A DNA stretch of 19,855 nucleotides, taken from positions 1-19,855 of the forward strand of contig JAYODI010000020.1 of the NCBI GenBank assembly GCA_038279365.1, in the 5' to 3' direction. Both the position numbers and the translations under genes were made by a program. Under the pieces are notes generated by a model, which saw nothing but the letters and a program-made list of their open reading frames with translations, had not been told where the DNA came from and did not search any database. This DNA is from Candidatus Latescibacterota bacterium (GTDB lineage Bacteria; Latescibacterota; UBA2968). Of this stretch, positions 17,364 through 19,855 are shown piece by piece. Positions within the stretch are counted from its first letter, which is position 1, and each line of letters begins with the position of its first letter.

Positions 17364-17584
17364 AGTACTTAATGACCTCCATAGTCGAGCAGGTAAACGG
17401 TGGAACGCAGAAAATTATGTGAATAATCGGATTTCATGATTGTATCCTTGAGTGCAAGTTGTGATGCTTAAATAGGTAAACAATTTCTGTGCCAAAAGCG
17501 ATAAACCGTGGTTTTGCGTGTCAACGTGTGTCAATGGCGACAAAATTTCGTAGTGAAAGGCCCAATAGGGTCATTTTGTCGCCC

Positions 17585-17614
17585 AAAAAAAAAGCACCGT
17601 TGTTTAACGGTGCT
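17585..17614 (-). terminator. Leader terminator T3
   Basis: AGCACCGUU-AAAC-AACGGUGCU followed by U8. Confidence 0.85.
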
Positions 17615-17656
17615 AAAATAAAAAAGCGCACTGTCAAACAACATTCAACAGTGCGC
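17615..17656 (-). terminator. Leader terminator T2
   Basis: GCGCACUGUU-11 nt-GACAGUGCGC followed by UUUUUUAUUUU. Confidence 0.82.
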
Positions 17657-17682
17657 CATACATAAGCATTGAGCGATTGCAC

Positions 17683-17732
17683 AAAACGCACTGTTGTTGA
17701 AAAGGGCAAAACCTCTGATCTTCAACAGTGCG
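17683..17732 (-). terminator. Leader terminator T1, overlapping the aptamer 3' end
   Basis: CGCACUGUUG...CAACAGUGCG, a 10-bp stem followed by UUUUG. Confidence 0.6.
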
Positions 17733-17820
17733 GCTATCCTAAATGGTGTTACGCCAAGTGAGGACCCGTTCCTTCGCGTCCTGCGTTTTCACGCAGTTTG
17801 CCTTTTCAATTTCGAAGATC
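17717..17820 (-). ncRNA. c-di-GMP-I (GEMM-I)-like riboswitch aptamer, variant
   Basis: GAUCUUCGA...AAAAGGCAAAC-UGCGU-GAAA-ACGCA-GGACGCGAAG..CGGGUCCU...AGGAUAGCCG..UUGAAGAUC: 9-bp P1, GNRA-capped P2 with GGCAAAC/GGACGC, and P3 with the AG bulge. Confidence 0.8.
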
Positions 17821-17827
17821 AAGGGCA

Positions 17828-17856
17828 AGTTTAAAGAAACGGAATCTTATTGTCAA
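17828..17856 (-). promoter_or_regulatory. Sigma70 promoter for riboswitch leader and ATP-grasp operon
   Basis: TTGACA-N17-TAAACT; the predicted start near 17821-17820 coincides with the first P1 base. Confidence 0.8.
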
Positions 17857-17876
17857 CAAAAAAATAAAATATTTTT

Positions 17877-18461
17877 TTATCGGTCTTTCCAAATGAGCAA
17901 ACATTCACGCTGGCGTCGCCATCCTAAGCAGAATCGACGCTTTTTGGTGCTGCTGTCAAACCAATCTTTTTGAATGGCGAGGTTGGGTTGACGGCCATCT
18001 AAACTTTGTAACACACGAACTTGTCCTGCTAATCCTTGTAGGCGTGTTCGGTAATAAGCATCGAAGCAATAAATCCAATTATCTTTGGCATATTGGGCCA
18101 ATATGAAGTGTTCTTCTGCTTTGCTTAAAAGCACATTGCACATTGCCACGCCACCACTGTCGAAACATTGGGTGATTTTGTTAAGGGTGACATTGTCGCC
18201 ATCCAGATACTCGGTGGTGACACTGTAGCGTGGTGTTTTATAAGAAGAAAGAAATTCGGCCAGTAAGCGTAAGGCCAAACGGCTGGTGCCTGCACGCCCC
18301 AATTTATTGCCCCTTCCAACGGTATCGAGACTATACATATAAATGTGTCGTACGATAATAGGGGGAATGTCGCGCCGGTCAAAAAGATATGAAATGGCAT
18401 TTAGCAGCGTTGCCGGTGCACAGTCGTATTCAGAGACTTGATAACTGAGCGGTACTCTCAC
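17877..18461 (-). CDS. Peptidase C39-like (papain-fold cysteine peptidase) protein
   Basis: YQVSEYDCAPATLLNA (Q...C), EHFILA and YCFDAYY give the Cys-His-Asp triad; GTG start after GAGGAGG. Confidence 0.8.
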   Translation of the reverse strand: MRVPLSYQVSEYDCAPATLLNAISYLFDRRDIPPIIVRHIYMYSLDTVGRGNKLGRAGTSRLALRLLAEFLSSYKTPRYSVTTEYLDGDNVTLNKITQCFDSGGVAMCNVLLSKAEEHFILAQYAKDNWIYCFDAYYRTRLQGLAGQVRVLQSLDGRQPNLAIQKDWFDSSTKKRRFCLGWRRQRECLLIWKDR

Positions 18462-18472
18462 CTGTCCTCCTC

Positions 18473-19813
18473 TTAGGGTGTGTTTTGAACGTGTTCGATG
18501 GCTTTACGTAAAATGTAAAGGGCTTCCAAACACTGTTCGTTGGTGATCACAAGTGGTGGCAACAGACGAATGCAGTTGCTGTAGAGACCTGCCCGAATAA
18601 GGAGCAAGCCATTGGCTGTGGCGTGTTTGACAATTTGCAATGTTTGATCAACGGCTGGTGTTTTGGTATTTGGGTCTAAGACAAATTCGATCAATTGCAT
18701 GGCCCCCACACCGCGTGTGTCGCCAATAAGGGGATATTTTTTGCGCCAACTGCCAATTTCGTTGGCAATGAGATCGCCAATTTCATTGGCTCGTTTTAAA
18801 AATGCGGGTTGATTGATTTGGTCGAGGGTGGCCAATGCGGCCACACAGGCAATGGGGCTACCTGAGTAGGTGCCACCCAACCCGCCCGGATGAGCGGCAT
18901 CGAGAATTTCGGCTCGGCCAGTTACGGCACTAATGGGCAAACCCGACCCCAACGATTTGGCGGTGGTGATGAGGTCGGGCACAATGTTGTCGTGTTCAAT
19001 GGCAAAGAGCTTGCCTGTGCGGCCAAAACCCGATTGTACTTCATCGGCAATCATGACAATGTTGTGTTGGGTACAGATGTCGCGAATTTTTTGTAAAAAC
19101 GCTGTGGGCATGGGGATAAAACCCGCTTCACCTTGAATGGGTTCGATAAGGATTGCCGCGATGGCCGATGGATCCACTTGCGATATGAGTGCTTTTTCAA
19201 GTTGGTCACAACAGTGCGCAATATAGGCCTTTTCCGACATTTCGGAAGGGCGACGATATGGATAGGGGTGTGGCAGGCGATAAATTTCGGGTGCAAAAGG
19301 GCCAAAGCCTTTTTTGAAGAGGCCATATTTGCTGGTGAGACTCATGGTAAGATAGGTACGCCCATGATAAGCCCCTTCAAAGACAACAATGGCAGGCTTA
19401 CCTGTGTAGGCGCGTGAAAGCTTAACGGCATTTTCGACGGCTTCGGCACCAGAGTTGCTCAACAATGTTTTTTTGGCAAATGTACCGGGTGTCATTGCGT
19501 TGAGGCGTTCACACAGTTCAATGTAGGGTTCGTAGGTGGCGACCAATGCGCATGTGTGAATGTAGGCGGCTGCTTGTTGTTGAATGGCTTCAACAACGGT
19601 GGGTGGGCAATGCCCCGCGTTGAGCATGCCAATGCCACCGGCCATGTCGATGAGGGTGTTGCCATCTATGTCGTGAACAACAGCACCTTCTGCACTTTTG
19701 ACAACCACATCTGTGGCGCGTGCCAGGCCAGTGGGTACGGCGGTTTGGCGACGGGCCAAAATGGCTTGGCTTTTGGGGCCGGGAATTTCTGTTTTGAGAT
19801 GAATGGTGTTCAC
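18473..19813 (-). CDS. gabT: 4-aminobutyrate--2-oxoglutarate transaminase (class III aminotransferase)
   Basis: DMAGGIG, NSGAEAVENAVK, AYHGRT, EPIQGEAG, IADEVQSGFGRTG, TAKSLG (PLP lysine), GGLGGTY and NCIRLLPPL. Confidence 0.88.
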   Translation of the reverse strand: MNTIHLKTEIPGPKSQAILARRQTAVPTGLARATDVVVKSAEGAVVHDIDGNTLIDMAGGIGMLNAGHCPPTVVEAIQQQAAAYIHTCALVATYEPYIELCERLNAMTPGTFAKKTLLSNSGAEAVENAVKLSRAYTGKPAIVVFEGAYHGRTYLTMSLTSKYGLFKKGFGPFAPEIYRLPHPYPYRRPSEMSEKAYIAHCCDQLEKALISQVDPSAIAAILIEPIQGEAGFIPMPTAFLQKIRDICTQHNIVMIADEVQSGFGRTGKLFAIEHDNIVPDLITTAKSLGSGLPISAVTGRAEILDAAHPGGLGGTYSGSPIACVAALATLDQINQPAFLKRANEIGDLIANEIGSWRKKYPLIGDTRGVGAMQLIEFVLDPNTKTPAVDQTLQIVKHATANGLLLIRAGLYSNCIRLLPPLVITNEQCLEALYILRKAIEHVQNTP

Positions 19814-19855
19814 GTGTTTCTCCTGAAGAAGAGGCGGATTAGCGAATCAGCGAAT

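Noticed and set aside
17877-18461. RiPP system (C39 leader peptidase plus ATP-grasp graspetide ligases)
   Set aside because: The ligases resemble L-amino acid ligases rather than RimK-like graspetide enzymes, and no precursor peptide or ABC transporter is visible.

Overview
Bacterial chromosomal segment, probably from Ca. Latescibacterota or a related lineage (inferred from the 'DFNxDNKVDFSDFxxFAxNFG' dockerin-like repeats and the sulfatase/Fe-2OG/enolase-superfamily content). From left to right: the 3' part of a sulfatase (+); a deletion scar with two back-to-back pseudogene remnants (histidine-kinase ATPase domain on -, Ldh_2 oxidoreductase on +); an intact CheZ-like gene; then minus-strand genes for a PhoD homologue lacking most metal ligands, a mandelate-racemase-family enzyme, a TauD-family oxygenase, a secreted dockerin/YHYH protein and a PhyH-family enzyme with HxG in place of HxD. 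A 1.1-kb non-coding gap holds a promoter-to-terminator small-RNA candidate and repeated hairpin elements. Next come a His-rich hypothetical protein and a four-gene operon (three ATP-grasp ligases plus a LysA-fold PLP decarboxylase), then a C39-like peptidase and gabT. The standout is the leader of the ATP-grasp operon: a near-consensus sigma70 promoter, a c-di-GMP-I (GEMM-I)-like aptamer with non-canonical ligand-contact positions, and three consecutive terminators with mutually complementary arms, suggesting a relay antitermination switch controlling an unknown NRPS-independent peptide pathway. All calls come from reading motifs by eye; no database search was run.
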